Positions 8,478-22,820 are shown, counted from the stretch's first letter. The stretch: DNA of 64,000 nt from a bacterium (GCA_963622135.1 CAVFGR010000008.1:150218-214217); one strand, 5' to 3'. Notes: a model not told the origin generated them from the letters alone. Program-made: numbers and translations.

Positions 8478-9943
8478 AAGTTTCCCTCCTTTTTATTTTT
8501 AACAGATAAGCCATTTAAACCAGTGATATTTTCCAAGGCTGCCGCCATAGATAAAACGGCACTTTCTTCAAAGGCTCTTCCCATAACGTTAACGCCTACT
8601 GGCAAGCCGTTTTCTAAGAAAAGAGGAATGGTGATTGATGGCAAGCCAGCAAAGTTTCCTAATGCTAAATGATTGTCTGCAATCAAATACTCATCACTGA
8701 GTTTGTCGCTCTTAGCATCTTTCTTAGGGGCAACGCTTGGCGCAGCCGGAACATAGATAAAATCGTAATTGGCAAGAATGTCGTTTGTTCTTTTAACGAT
8801 CTTGGCTCTATTTCTTTGGGCGGCAAGGAATAATTCTTCTTGGTTTTCCTTCATCAAGCAGTAGGAACCAATGACGAAGCGGCGCTTGATAAGTTCAGAA
8901 AAGCCTTTAGTCCTCGCTTGATACATTACCTCTTGGTAGGATTTGCCTTCGTAGTAAGGACCAAATTTAATTCCATCCAAATTAGCGTTGTTCGAGGTTG
9001 CTTCAGCACAGCTAATGACCATATAAGTAGCATAAAGCGACGCTAAAGACTCACGACCAAATTCAACATAGTCGACAATCGCGCCCGCATTCCTAAGGGC
9101 CTCCACCGATTTATCAAATTTTTCTATGATTTTGCTATCGGTGATCGAATCAGTGATTTCTTTTAAGACGGCAACTTTCTTACCGCTTATCGAGTCATTT
9201 AGATGTTTGGAATATTGTTCGACTGGTTTTAAGGAGGAAGTCGAATCTTTTTCACATCTCCCTGCAAGAACTTCGAGAGCTAATGCCGCATCTTTGACAT
9301 TGCGGGTGAAATATGCGACATGATCTAGAGATGGGGCAAATGGGAATAGCCCAAAACGAGAGATTCTGCTCCATGTCGGCTTAAAACCAACCAACCCAGC
9401 GTATGAAGCTGGCTTACGAACGGAGTCACCAGTATCGGAGCCTAAAGCGAACGGCACAATAGAAGCCGCCACCGCAGCCGCTGATCCGCAAGAAGAACCA
9501 CCAACAAGTCTGGTCTTACTTTCGTCATACGGATTGTATGTCATTCCCTTATGACCCGTAGTGCCGGTTCCACCCATCGCCAATTCGTCTAGAGTGGTTT
9601 TGCCAATTAGAACGGCTTTCTTATCTTTCAACGCTTTTATGACATGAGCGTCAAACAAAGGAACGTATCCATTAAGGATATTCGAAGAAGCGGTCGTTTC
9701 GATTCCTTTGGTTGAGAAATTATCCTTGGCCAAGAATGGAATGCCCCAAAAAACATTATCGGGTTCCACTTCTTTTAAGTTTTCAGCGAATTCCAATGCT
9801 TCCTTCTCGCAGATTGTTTCAAAGGCATTGTTGTTATCCGACTTAGCGCGGGCAATAGCCTCTTTGGTTAATTCGAGAGGGGTGGTTTCACCTTTAACGA
9901 GAGCCTCGTGAATCTCGGAAATTGATAAATCTAAGTAACTCAT
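8474..9943 (-). CDS. gatA: Asp-tRNA(Asn)/Glu-tRNA(Gln) amidotransferase subunit A
   Basis: Amidase signature GGSSCGSAAAVAA. The true start is ATG at 9941-9943 (MSYLDLSISE) with an AAAGGTGG RBS; the longer track ORF runs into gatC. Confidence 0.95.
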   Translation of the reverse strand: MSYLDLSISEIHEALVKGETTPLELTKEAIARAKSDNNNAFETICEKEALEFAENLKEVEPDNVFWGIPFLAKDNFSTKGIETTASSNILNGYVPLFDAHVIKALKDKKAVLIGKTTLDELAMGGTGTTGHKGMTYNPYDESKTRLVGGSSCGSAAAVAASIVPFALGSDTGDSVRKPASYAGLVGFKPTWSRISRFGLFPFAPSLDHVAYFTRNVKDAALALEVLAGRCEKDSTSSLKPVEQYSKHLNDSISGKKVAVLKEITDSITDSKIIEKFDKSVEALRNAGAIVDYVEFGRESLASLYATYMVISCAEATSNNANLDGIKFGPYYEGKSYQEVMYQARTKGFSELIKRRFVIGSYCLMKENQEELFLAAQRNRAKIVKRTNDILANYDFIYVPAAPSVAPKKDAKSDKLSDEYLIADNHLALGNFAGLPSITIPLFLENGLPVGVNVMGRAFEESAVLSMAAALENITGLNGLSVKNKKEGNL

Positions 9944-9944
9944 A

Positions 9945-10243
9945 TTATCCGACCACCTTTGGCAACTTAATTTGCCCATCCTTCTTGCTTCCAGCATTCT
10001 TAAGGGCCTCTTCTGGCTCATAAGGGGCTGCTGGCTCATCTTCTCTTAAATATGAGGTGACACATTCCGTGAATGGGAATGTCATTGGCTCATATTCCGC
10101 CAAATCCTTTTGATCGCCGATTGTCTTCATTTGGGCGGTGAGAACAGCAAACTCGTTATAAAGGGTTTGATATTCTTCTTCGCTCAAGTCGAAAAGAAGG
10201 CGATTCGCGGCATCTTTTAAGACTTCAATGGTGATAGTTTTCA

Positions 10244-10244
<1 letters not shown>
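9945..10244 (-). CDS. gatC: Asp-tRNA(Asn)/Glu-tRNA(Gln) amidotransferase subunit C
   Basis: 99-aa GatC-like protein immediately upstream of gatA and overlapping the ligA stop. Confidence 0.9.
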
Positions 10245-14529
<4,285 letters not shown>

Positions 14530-14640
14530 ACACTTGAATAGTATACTCGGATTTATACTTCTCTTAAAGAGAAGCGACATTTATATTTTATCAATCAACT
14601 TTTCTTATAGATAAGTTGTCTATCTTCGTGATTTTATCGA

Positions 14641-15561
14641 ATGAAATTAGGTAGAATATTAAGTATGCGAAAGTTGGAAGAAAGAGAAACGGTATCCCAA
14701 AGCATCGCCTTCCTTGGCATAATGGCCGGCATCTGCGTGGTTTTTTCATTGGTTTCCGCTTTGGTGCCTTTTGTAACCATCGCCTCCATTTTCATCCTGC
14801 CAATCGCTTCCTCGTTAGGCACGAGATTGACCAAGAGTAAATATTCGATTCCTTTTTTGTTAGCGACGTCCGCTTTGATGATTGGAACATCGGCTTTTAA
14901 TATCACCGAGACCATCTTTTATCTTATCCCGGCGCTTCTTTCGGGAGGCTTATACGGCATCTTAGCCAGAGCCAAAGCACCTTCCACTTATACGATTTTA
15001 GCTGTCGCATTTCTTTCCCTGGGCCTGAATTATCTATCCGTCCCAATTCTCAAGGCTTTAACCGGTTTGAATCCTATTGAAACGACCATCACTTTATTGG
15101 GCCTAAATTCATACGAAAATGTTCTCGTAGCTTTCCCAGCCGTCTTATTGGCATTAGGCCTCATTCAGTCCGTTTTATCGCACTTCCTAATCATTTTCAT
15201 TCACGGAAGGCTTGAAATCGAAGAGAACAGAACCTCCTTTTTGCTAGATGGCATCGGAGCCTTATTTTTTGGTCTCATTTCTATCGTGGCAGGACTTTTT
15301 GTCTTGGAACTTGGCTATATTGCGTTGGTTGCTTCTCTCTATTTCTTCGCCATTGCCGTCTATGACATAATCCTCATCAGAAAGAAGCTTTTGTACATCC
15401 TTTCGATTTCCTTTTTGATTCTCGGCGTCTTTCTTATCGCTTTGTTATCTCCACTATTAATCGTCAAGAAAGCCATCCTCTTAGGTGGTTATTATCCAAC
15501 GATCTTTGGATTGCTAATCATTCTTTTCGCTAGGAAAAAGAATGACTCTATAGCAAAATAG
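14641..15561 (+). CDS. polytopic integral membrane protein (about 10 TM), hypothetical
   Basis: Hydrophobic helices throughout with no recognisable catalytic motif. First gene of a three-gene plus-strand membrane-protein cluster. Confidence 0.6.
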   Translation: MKLGRILSMRKLEERETVSQSIAFLGIMAGICVVFSLVSALVPFVTIASIFILPIASSLGTRLTKSKYSIPFLLATSALMIGTSAFNITETIFYLIPALLSGGLYGILARAKAPSTYTILAVAFLSLGLNYLSVPILKALTGLNPIETTITLLGLNSYENVLVAFPAVLLALGLIQSVLSHFLIIFIHGRLEIEENRTSFLLDGIGALFFGLISIVAGLFVLELGYIALVASLYFFAIAVYDIILIRKKLLYILSISFLILGVFLIALLSPLLIVKKAILLGGYYPTIFGLLIILFARKKNDSIAK

Positions 15562-15565
15562 GAAT

Positions 15566-16204
15566 ATGAAATTTCTCAAGGCGCTCGGTTTAGGCATCGT
15601 TTATATGCTCATCTTCCCGTTCATCTTATTGGGATCCGCTCTTTATATGCTTTATGGCCTTGGGAGATGGTTTGTTTTAATTCCAGTCGGAATCATTCGT
15701 TATTTTAAAGGCGAAAAGTTCTTTAAGCCTCTCAAAGAAGATATCGAGGTCGAAGCCGCCAAGAAAGCTCAACACGATGCCTTGCTTTCAAAGGAAACCG
15801 AGGAACCTAGCGAACCAGTTCAGCCAATTAGCAACACCAATACGACAACTTATGTCCAAAACAATTACTACACCAACCCGAACCCTCAGCAAATGGGGCC
15901 ATCTTTGGGTGCGCCGATAAATCAACAATTGGGTGGCCCGCAATACCAGCAACAGCCGTATAACCCGCAACTTAACGGTCCTCAATATCAGCAACAGCCA
16001 TATAACCCGCAGTTAACCGGACCGCAGTATCAGCAGCCTTATCCTCAGCAAATTGATAATTCCATGTATCAAGAAACCCAGAATTCCCAATACCAACAAA
16101 TCCCAGTTCCGGAAGACTCTACAGAACCGGAAGAAGATGAATATTTTGGTTCTTCTATCGATAACCCCATGGAAATTCCGGGAGAAGGAGGTGACGATCA
16201 ATGA
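15566..16204 (+). CDS. membrane protein with two N-terminal TM helices and a Q/P/Y-rich low-complexity tail
   Basis: MKFLKALGLGIVYMLIFPFILL... followed by GPQYQQQPYNPQL repeats and an acidic C-terminus. Confidence 0.6.
   Translation: MKFLKALGLGIVYMLIFPFILLGSALYMLYGLGRWFVLIPVGIIRYFKGEKFFKPLKEDIEVEAAKKAQHDALLSKETEEPSEPVQPISNTNTTTYVQNNYYTNPNPQQMGPSLGAPINQQLGGPQYQQQPYNPQLNGPQYQQQPYNPQLTGPQYQQPYPQQIDNSMYQETQNSQYQQIPVPEDSTEPEEDEYFGSSIDNPMEIPGEGGDDQ
15930..16046 (+). repeat. three imperfect 39-bp tandem repeats encoding GPQYQQQPYNPQL(N/T)
   Basis: ggcccgcaataccagcaacagccgtataacccgcaactt... repeated three times within the CDS 15566-16204. Confidence 0.5.
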
Positions 16205-16881
16205 TTTTTGCGTCCTTCCAGTTAGAGCAGACTGACCGTCGTTTATTGATTGCCGCCATAATCGTTTTAACGATTCTCTTTATCGTTTTCGCTTTAATAG
16301 GAGCCCTCGTCAGGCTTATTACTTTATCTTTCGGGAAGAAACTCGATAACTTGGTCGCGGATGCCGTCAAGTATCGCATCATCGACAACAAGAAACAGTT
16401 TAAAGAATATGCCTATAAGAAAAACGGCCGGAGATTTGTAAAAGAAGCCACTCCAGGAGTCTGTATCATCCTCGTTTCCGTTATCTTCTATATCATTGCC
16501 GGCATTGTCACCAACACTTGGGCAAAACCTTATTTCACCGAATTCTCCACCATTTTCTGGAAATGGGATTTCGCCAACCAAGACAATTATGTCACCCTTT
16601 GGGGTATGAAGCTTTTGAACCATTGGCCAGCTTTGATTAACACCCCTCACTTAGTCAGCGAATATTGGGATTCCTATGTCTTAAGTACCCTTTGGATCGT
16701 CGGAGGAACTTATATTCTCGTCTGTGCTTGGGCATATTTGAGCCGTGCGATTTATGTTTCCAAACGTGCCAATGACATCTATAAGAAGTCTCTCGAAGGA
16801 TTTAATTACTACGATTCCATGGAGACTCCAAAAATCAACCCTAACGAAATTTCCAAACAAAAAAGCGGATCAGACCAATAA
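16201..16881 (+). CDS. integral membrane protein (4 TM), hypothetical
   Basis: ATGA overlap with the upstream gene; hydrophobic segments present. Confidence 0.6.
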   Translation: MIFASFQLEQTDRRLLIAAIIVLTILFIVFALIGALVRLITLSFGKKLDNLVADAVKYRIIDNKKQFKEYAYKKNGRRFVKEATPGVCIILVSVIFYIIAGIVTNTWAKPYFTEFSTIFWKWDFANQDNYVTLWGMKLLNHWPALINTPHLVSEYWDSYVLSTLWIVGGTYILVCAWAYLSRAIYVSKRANDIYKKSLEGFNYYDSMETPKINPNEISKQKSGSDQ

Positions 16882-16925
16882 GGTTTGACCCGCTAAAGTA
16901 AGTTAATGCTAGGATAACCTAGCCA

Positions 16926-17066
16926 TTAGCCAATTATTGCCTCGATCAAGGCCCAAACAAAGAGGCCTGCGAGGATAACGTCCACCACGATCAACGCGAT
17001 GAAACCACGCTTCTTGCCAAGAAGCTTTTTTTCTTCTATTTTCTGAATCTCGGTTTCTTTGGACAT
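16926..17066 (-). CDS. candidate small membrane protein (46 aa) immediately upstream of asnS
   Basis: Not in the track. MSKETEIQKIEEKKLLGKKRGFIALIVVDVILAGLFVWALIEAIIG has one TM helix. A GCTAGG-ataa-CCTAGC hairpin follows its stop. Confidence 0.3.
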   Translation of the reverse strand: MSKETEIQKIEEKKLLGKKRGFIALIVVDVILAGLFVWALIEAIIG

Positions 17067-17067
17067 A

Positions 17068-18453
17068 TTAGTATTTTAACGCATTGCTCGTTCTTGGGTA
17101 TGGTTCGGTGTCACGAATGTTGCCGATGCCGGTGATATACATGAGCAAACGGTCAAAACCAATACCGAAGCCAGCATGACGGCAGCCACCGTACTTTCTC
17201 AGGTTGAGATACCATTCAAGGCCTTTGGTGTTGCCAAGCTTATCCATCTTGGCTTTGAGAAGCTCATAACGATCTTCACGTTCAGAACCGCCGACGATTT
17301 CACCTTCGCCCGGGACTAATAAGTCGCAAGCGGCGACAGTCTTGCCATCGTCATTCTCACGCATATAGAAGGCTTTGATTTCCTTTGGATAGTTGATTAA
17401 GAAGGTTGGACCACCGACGACTTTTTCGGTCAAATAACGTTCGTGCTCGCTCTGTAAATCCATGCCCCATTCGATATTAGGGTTCTCGAATTTGACGCCA
17501 GAAGCGACAGCTTTCTTAAGCAATTCGATGCCTTCGCTGTATTCCATCTTGGTGAAATTGGAAGCTAAAACGGCATTCAATTTATCGAGCAATCCAGGAG
17601 CGATCCATTGATTAAAGAAGGCCATCTCGTCAGGACAACGATCCATAACATATTTAATAAGGTATTTGATGCAATCCTCGATGCATTCCATATCATCATC
17701 CAAATCAGCGAAAGCCAATTCAGGTTCGATCATCCAGAATTCGGAAGCGTGCCTAGTCGTGTTGGATTTTTCAGCGCGGAAAGTCGGGCCGAAGGTATAG
17801 ACGTTTTTGAAAGCCAAAGCAAAGGCCTCGACATGCAATTGGCCGGAAACGGTTAAACTAGCTTTGCGGCCGAAGAATTCGTTGTATGGATCTTTGCCAT
17901 CGGTCACCAGGGTGAAGACGGAGCCAGCCCCTTCGGCATCGTTTCCGGTGATTTCCGGAGTATGGACATAGACGAAGCCACGATCTTGGAAGTAGGAGTG
18001 AACGCCCATAGCAAGAACGCTGCGAACGCGGAAAACAGCATCAAAGGTGTTGGTCCTTGGGCGAAGATAGGCTTCTTCGCGAAGGAATTCCAAACTATGA
18101 CGTTTCTTCTGCAAAGGATAATCTTCGGCAACGGAGCCAATTTGAACGATTTCCAAAGCCTGAATCTCAAACGGCTGTTTCATGTTTGGAGTAAGGACTA
18201 AGTTACCACGAACCGAAACAGAAGCACCGGTATTGAAATGAGAAATATCATCAAAATTCACCAAATCAGATGAATAGACGATTTGAACGGATTTAAAACA
18301 TGTTCCATCATGCAATTCGATGAAACCGATTTTGCCGGAATTGCGATTAGTGCGAACCCATCCTTCAACGAAAATAGGCTTGTCGGTTGGCATTTGCTCA
18401 CCATTTCTATGCATGGTGAATAAAGTTTTGAGTTCAATGGCTTTTTCTTGCAT
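17068..18453 (-). CDS. asnS: asparagine--tRNA ligase
   Basis: Class II aaRS motifs (FRAEKSNTTRHASEFWMIEPELAF, GGSEREDRYE); 461 aa; AGGAGAAAG RBS. Confidence 0.9.
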   Translation of the reverse strand: MQEKAIELKTLFTMHRNGEQMPTDKPIFVEGWVRTNRNSGKIGFIELHDGTCFKSVQIVYSSDLVNFDDISHFNTGASVSVRGNLVLTPNMKQPFEIQALEIVQIGSVAEDYPLQKKRHSLEFLREEAYLRPRTNTFDAVFRVRSVLAMGVHSYFQDRGFVYVHTPEITGNDAEGAGSVFTLVTDGKDPYNEFFGRKASLTVSGQLHVEAFALAFKNVYTFGPTFRAEKSNTTRHASEFWMIEPELAFADLDDDMECIEDCIKYLIKYVMDRCPDEMAFFNQWIAPGLLDKLNAVLASNFTKMEYSEGIELLKKAVASGVKFENPNIEWGMDLQSEHERYLTEKVVGGPTFLINYPKEIKAFYMRENDDGKTVAACDLLVPGEGEIVGGSEREDRYELLKAKMDKLGNTKGLEWYLNLRKYGGCRHAGFGIGFDRLLMYITGIGNIRDTEPYPRTSNALKY

Positions 18454-18504
18454 AAGCTTTCTCCTTTCTAGATAGATTAGAGGCTAAACCTCTAAAGGTG
18501 GTTG

Positions 18505-19527
18505 TCAAGTGTTATAGTCCCTAAACTGGTCGATTTTCCAGTTCGGATCAACCCCAATATCGAGTGGGGCAAAGAAATTCTCGCGATATAGATGCTCGGC
18601 CACTTTGGCGATCATCGCGGCATTATCGGTCGTGCACCAAAGAGGCGGGACGATGAGTTCGACTCCGTTATGCCCAAATCTCTTTTGCATTTCCTCTCTG
18701 AGGTATGAGTTGGCGGAAACGCCACCCGCTAAGACTATTTGAACAACATTGTATTCTTTGGCTGCTTTAACGGTTCTATCGACAATCATACCGATCGCAA
18801 CGTCTTGGAATGATTTGGCCATATCATCGACTCTGACTTCTTCGCCTTTCATCTTTAAGGTATTCACCAAATTGATGACAGAGGTTTTGAGTCCCGAGTA
18901 CGAAAAGTCGTAGGTTTTGCCTTGTAATGGCTTTGGCAAGTCGTAAGTATGTTTGCCATTCTTCGCGTGCTGATCGATAGGGAGACCGCCTGGATATGGA
19001 AGTCCCAAGACGCGAGCAACCTTATCATAACATTCACCAACCGCATCATCTTTGGTCTCGCCGATAATCTCGAAATTGAGATGGTCTCTCATTAAAACGA
19101 GTTCGGTGTTGCCACCGGAAACCACTACGCATAGAAGGGGGAATTTAAGTTCTCCGACATATTCATTCGCATAGATGTGCCCACAAAGATGATGGACTGG
19201 AATAAGCGGCTTATTGTATAGCATCGCGATGGTTTTTGCGGCTTGCATGCCAACATGAAGGCAACCGATAAGACCTGGACCACGGGTAACCGCGATAGCG
19301 TCCATATCCTCATAAGTGAGATGAGCCTGTTCCAAGGCTTCTTTGAGGCAAACTCCGATGTTTTCACAATGAAGGCGAGAAGCAATTTCCGGCATGACTC
19401 CGCCATATTTTTCATGCACCGCAATCTGAGTCGCGACAACATTAGCTAAAAGTTTGCCATCTTCGGTGATGGCCACGGCCGTCTCATCGCAGCTTGATTC
19501 AATTGCCAAGATTCTGACTTTTTTCAT
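18505..19527 (-). CDS. tsaD: tRNA N6-adenosine threonylcarbamoyltransferase
   Basis: Kae1/TsaD family: ILAIESSCDETAVAI and the HxxxH metal site (HHLCGH). Confidence 0.95.
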   Translation of the reverse strand: MKKVRILAIESSCDETAVAITEDGKLLANVVATQIAVHEKYGGVMPEIASRLHCENIGVCLKEALEQAHLTYEDMDAIAVTRGPGLIGCLHVGMQAAKTIAMLYNKPLIPVHHLCGHIYANEYVGELKFPLLCVVVSGGNTELVLMRDHLNFEIIGETKDDAVGECYDKVARVLGLPYPGGLPIDQHAKNGKHTYDLPKPLQGKTYDFSYSGLKTSVINLVNTLKMKGEEVRVDDMAKSFQDVAIGMIVDRTVKAAKEYNVVQIVLAGGVSANSYLREEMQKRFGHNGVELIVPPLWCTTDNAAMIAKVAEHLYRENFFAPLDIGVDPNWKIDQFRDYNT

Positions 19528-19970
19528 AGCACAATACTCCTAACCATATAGATCGCGTCTTCGCCATCATTGTAGTAGTGGCGTTTAACGGTGATGCGTT
19601 CATAGCCGTTCTTTTCGTAGCAGCGGATCGCCGCCTCGTTCGAGGCCCTAACCTCCAAGGTTATCCAGCAAACTTCATCTTCCTGTTCCTTACAGATCTT
19701 CTTCATCTCTTCGAGAAGTTGCAGGCCTAGGCCTTTTCTTCTAAAAGACGGAAGGACGCAGACGCGATTGATGGTTGCCGAATCAAAGGTGATCATAAAG
19801 TCGATATAGCCCACTATCTGGTCGTTTTCCTCGGCGAGGAGCACCACTGAGCAAGGATTTTCCTTTATCTCGTATTCGATTTGATTTTTCGGCCAAGGAT
19901 CTTTGAAACAGGCTTTTTCCAAGAAAGTCACTGCCTCGATATCCTTTTCTTCCATTCTTCTAATCGTCAT
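19524..19970 (-). CDS. rimI: ribosomal-protein-alanine N-acetyltransferase (GNAT)
   Basis: GNAT fold motifs (RRKGLGLQLL); it sits between tsaB and tsaD, as in Bacillus. Confidence 0.8.
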   Translation of the reverse strand: MTIRRMEEKDIEAVTFLEKACFKDPWPKNQIEYEIKENPCSVVLLAEENDQIVGYIDFMITFDSATINRVCVLPSFRRKGLGLQLLEEMKKICKEQEDEVCWITLEVRASNEAAIRCYEKNGYERITVKRHYYNDGEDAIYMVRSIVL

Positions 19971-19972
19971 AA

Positions 19973-20557
19973 CTAGTCTTTCAAATAAACGGGTTTGGCT
20001 CCTAAAGGCTCTTTGCAGAGATGCTTCTCATTGTCCAAATCTTTTAAAACCAGCAAGGTATTGGGCTCTTCTTCCTCTTTGCCCAAATAACGGAGGTCTC
20101 CTCTAAGGACGACATCGGGATTCCCATTGATGTAGTTAAGAACTTCGTCATTTGTCCAAATGGTATCTTCAAGCAAGCATTCGTCCCCGTCATAGATAGC
20201 GACATAACTTCTCTTGTTTCTGGCATTGGAAACACATAAGGATTTCTTGCTTACGTCTTTCAAGCCCTCCAAAGAAGAGACTAAATAAAGAGGAACATCC
20301 AATGAAGTAGCGACGATTTTTCCCACCGTCAAGCCGATGCGAACGCCGGTATAACTTCCCGGACCTTTGGAAACGATAACTTCATTGATATCTTTGGAAT
20401 TCAGTTTGTTGCGTTTCAAAAGATCATCAATTTCTTTAACTAACATCTCGGACTGTCTCTGCCACGCTTCATAATGAACACCATCGAGATATTCGTGGTC
20501 CTTTGCCAAACCGCAGGAGAGATAAGCATTTGAAGTATCAATAAGTAGACTTAACAT
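19973..20557 (-). CDS. tsaB: tRNA threonylcarbamoyladenosine biosynthesis protein TsaB (YeaZ)
   Basis: YeaZ-like N-terminus LLIDTSNAYLSCGLA and GPGSYTGVRIGL. Confidence 0.85.
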   Translation of the reverse strand: MLSLLIDTSNAYLSCGLAKDHEYLDGVHYEAWQRQSEMLVKEIDDLLKRNKLNSKDINEVIVSKGPGSYTGVRIGLTVGKIVATSLDVPLYLVSSLEGLKDVSKKSLCVSNARNKRSYVAIYDGDECLLEDTIWTNDEVLNYINGNPDVVLRGDLRYLGKEEEEPNTLLVLKDLDNEKHLCKEPLGAKPVYLKD

Positions 20558-21024
20558 GAATATTTCTCCTTTAAGGCCTTAAAGAGGTCTTCATATTGAA
20601 GGTCATCAGATTCAAAGACGAAGGAACGATCGTCGGCACCTTTATGAAAAATGGAGATTTCCAATCTTTCATCCGGGATCAATGACATGATGAACTGTGG
20701 CCATTCGATAAGGCAGATTCCATCGCCTTCGATATATTCTTCTAAACCAAGTTCGAGATTTTGCCCCTCTAAGCGATAGGCGTCTATGTGATACATCGGA
20801 ATTCTCGCTTTGAAATAACACTTCATGATGTTGAAGGTTGGGGAAATAACATCCTCTAAAAGTCCAAGGCCTTTGCCGATTCCGCCGGTGAAGGTGGTTT
20901 TCCCAGCTCCGAGATCGCCGCTAAGCAAAACGACGTCGCCTCTTTTTAGATATTGAGCGACGAATTCGCCTAACTCTTTGGTTTCATCCTTGCTATGGGT
21001 GGTCAATTCAGCGCGCATCTTCAT
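20551..21024 (-). CDS. tsaE: tRNA threonylcarbamoyladenosine biosynthesis ATPase TsaE (YjeE)
   Basis: P-loop GDLGAGKTT and the PTFNIM motif. Confidence 0.85.
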   Translation of the reverse strand: MKMRAELTTHSKDETKELGEFVAQYLKRGDVVLLSGDLGAGKTTFTGGIGKGLGLLEDVISPTFNIMKCYFKARIPMYHIDAYRLEGQNLELGLEEYIEGDGICLIEWPQFIMSLIPDERLEISIFHKGADDRSFVFESDDLQYEDLFKALKEKYSC

Positions 21025-21586
21025 TTTTCTCCGTAGCCACGAATGGCCTGGTTTCCTGATAGAACTTGCTAAACAAACGACGCACCTCGTTATCGACGAA
21101 CGGGAAATCTCTCTTTTGCATCAAGGAGAGGACGTGTTCCATCGAAGCCTTTATGGCGGCGCTTAATTCCGGGGAATAGTTGTAGGATTCGCTGTGTCTT
21201 TCGAATTCTTGAATATCCAATTCCTTGACGACGCCATCAGGGAACAATTTAACGTCCAAATCATAATCGATGTATTTGAGATAGCCGTCATCAAGCAAGG
21301 TTGGAGAGGCGATGTTGGTATAGTAGCAAATGCCTTCTTCTTTCATCATGCAGATGACATTCATCCATTCCTTTTTAAAGAGAATGAAAATGGCATGTTC
21401 CTTGGTCATCCATTTGCGTCCATCACGTTCAGTGACATACGAGGCTCTAGAGGCCAAGGCCCAATAGTCGTCGGTTTCTTCAACCAAATAAGCTGGGCTC
21501 CATTTGCGGTGAAGGAGTCCGTCATGTTTGTAGGCTTGCACTACTACCCATTTCGAAAATGGGTTCTCTTTGATTTTTTCATCCAT
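21008..21586 (-). CDS. DUF402-family protein (Ntdp/YgaC-like nucleoside tri/diphosphatase candidate)
   Basis: About 190 aa with DUF402-like conserved aromatic/acidic blocks (WVVVQAYKHDG..., YIDYDLDVK). The track start is GTG; the ATG at 21584-21586 (MDEKIKE) is preferred. Confidence 0.45.
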   Translation of the reverse strand: MDEKIKENPFSKWVVVQAYKHDGLLHRKWSPAYLVEETDDYWALASRASYVTERDGRKWMTKEHAIFILFKKEWMNVICMMKEEGICYYTNIASPTLLDDGYLKYIDYDLDVKLFPDGVVKELDIQEFERHSESYNYSPELSAAIKASMEHVLSLMQKRDFPFVDNEVRRLFSKFYQETRPFVATEKNEDAR

Positions 21587-21698
21587 AAATAAGTCGCGCC
21601 GCTCCACTTTAGCGGCCTTGGCTAGATTATAGCCCCTAAGTTTCTTCTCTTAAAGAAAGAAGAAAAGAGCCCCCATATATGGAGGCCCAAATTTTCTT

Positions 21699-22820
21699 TT
21701 AGAATAAGGATTCAACCACTTCCAAGACGATGGCCAAATCTCCTTTGAACTTATCGGTCGGAGCCGGATTGAACGGAGTGTCAAATGGCGGAACCATCAG
21801 ACTGTCTTCGTATCCCATCATGACATAGGTTGTACCCGGGCGAATGGCAATCGCACAGTCAACTAAAACCTTATCGGTTTTTATTTTAGAGATGGCTTCT
21901 CTGGTTTTTTGGGTCAGAACCTTCTTTTTGCTCTGACCATAAATAACCATCGTTTTCGTGTCGGAAACGACTTCTAATCCATCCAAATTGGTTGGAGGAA
22001 GGGCACGCTTGTTGCCTTTGACATAAACGACGACTGGGTCATGTTCCCAAGAGTTTGGAGCACTGACCATCTTTCCAACGAAAGCGGTCACATAGTTTCT
22101 TCCGTTCGGGCGAGAAGCTGAACAATCGACCAAAGTCACAGGGACGTTGTTGTATTCGAACGTGAGTTTTCCTCTCGAACCGACTTTGGCAACGTCTTTG
22201 TAAAGCAACGAATCAGTCAATTCGTTTGGCTGGATTTTGTCGTTGATGGTGCCTTTGAGATTTTGGACATCGAGTCCATCTAAAACATAGTTCGTTGAGC
22301 ATTCGAAGTATTTAGCTATGTAGGTATTGACCTCTTTTGAGCTCGATCTCTTTGACAAGACCGAGAAAACGCCCAAGAAGATGATCAAGGCAACAAAGAC
22401 GATCAACGTGATGTAGGTTGGCCAGTTGCCGGAGGTTTCTTTATCCATCAAGAGGGTTGGTAACAGCCATCCAAGAACGAGACCCACCAACACGATGCCG
22501 GTAACGATGTATTTTGCGATGTTGCGCTTTTTGTATTTCTTCGCAAATTCCTGTCTGGCATCCTCGATGTTCTTAAGTCCTTCGGTAGTGTATTCGAAGG
22601 TTTCAACCGGACCTTTCTTTTTGCGGCCAAACGAGGATTGGCCGTTAGAAAAGTTAGGATCCACCTCGTTATCTTCGTTATAAAGATTGACGCCCAGCTC
22701 GTTCTTTTCGACCGGCTTTTCGGCTTCTTTCTTTTCTTCTGGAGCAGGCTCGCTCGGTTTTACTTCATCGGCAAAGTCGGAATCTTCGTCGACGATATTC
22801 AAATCTTTTTCTTCTTCCAT
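21699..22820 (-). CDS. membrane-anchored protein: acidic/Lys-rich N-terminal tail, 2 TM, large extracytoplasmic domain; hypothetical
   Basis: Topology inferred from hydrophobic segments IAKYIVTGIVLVGLVLGWLL and WPTYITLIVFVALIIFLGVF. Confidence 0.55.
   Translation of the reverse strand: MEEEKDLNIVDEDSDFADEVKPSEPAPEEKKEAEKPVEKNELGVNLYNEDNEVDPNFSNGQSSFGRKKKGPVETFEYTTEGLKNIEDARQEFAKKYKKRNIAKYIVTGIVLVGLVLGWLLPTLLMDKETSGNWPTYITLIVFVALIIFLGVFSVLSKRSSSKEVNTYIAKYFECSTNYVLDGLDVQNLKGTINDKIQPNELTDSLLYKDVAKVGSRGKLTFEYNNVPVTLVDCSASRPNGRNYVTAFVGKMVSAPNSWEHDPVVVYVKGNKRALPPTNLDGLEVVSDTKTMVIYGQSKKKVLTQKTREAISKIKTDKVLVDCAIAIRPGTTYVMMGYEDSLMVPPFDTPFNPAPTDKFKGDLAIVLEVVESLF

Noticed and set aside
21008-21024. The first M of several track ORFs (for example 3912, 3296, 24004, 24799, 21607, 35827) as true start codons
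   Set aside because: These codons are TTG or GTG in the sequence. Downstream in-frame ATGs with Shine-Dalgarno motifs, and with family-typical N-terminal spacing, were preferred.
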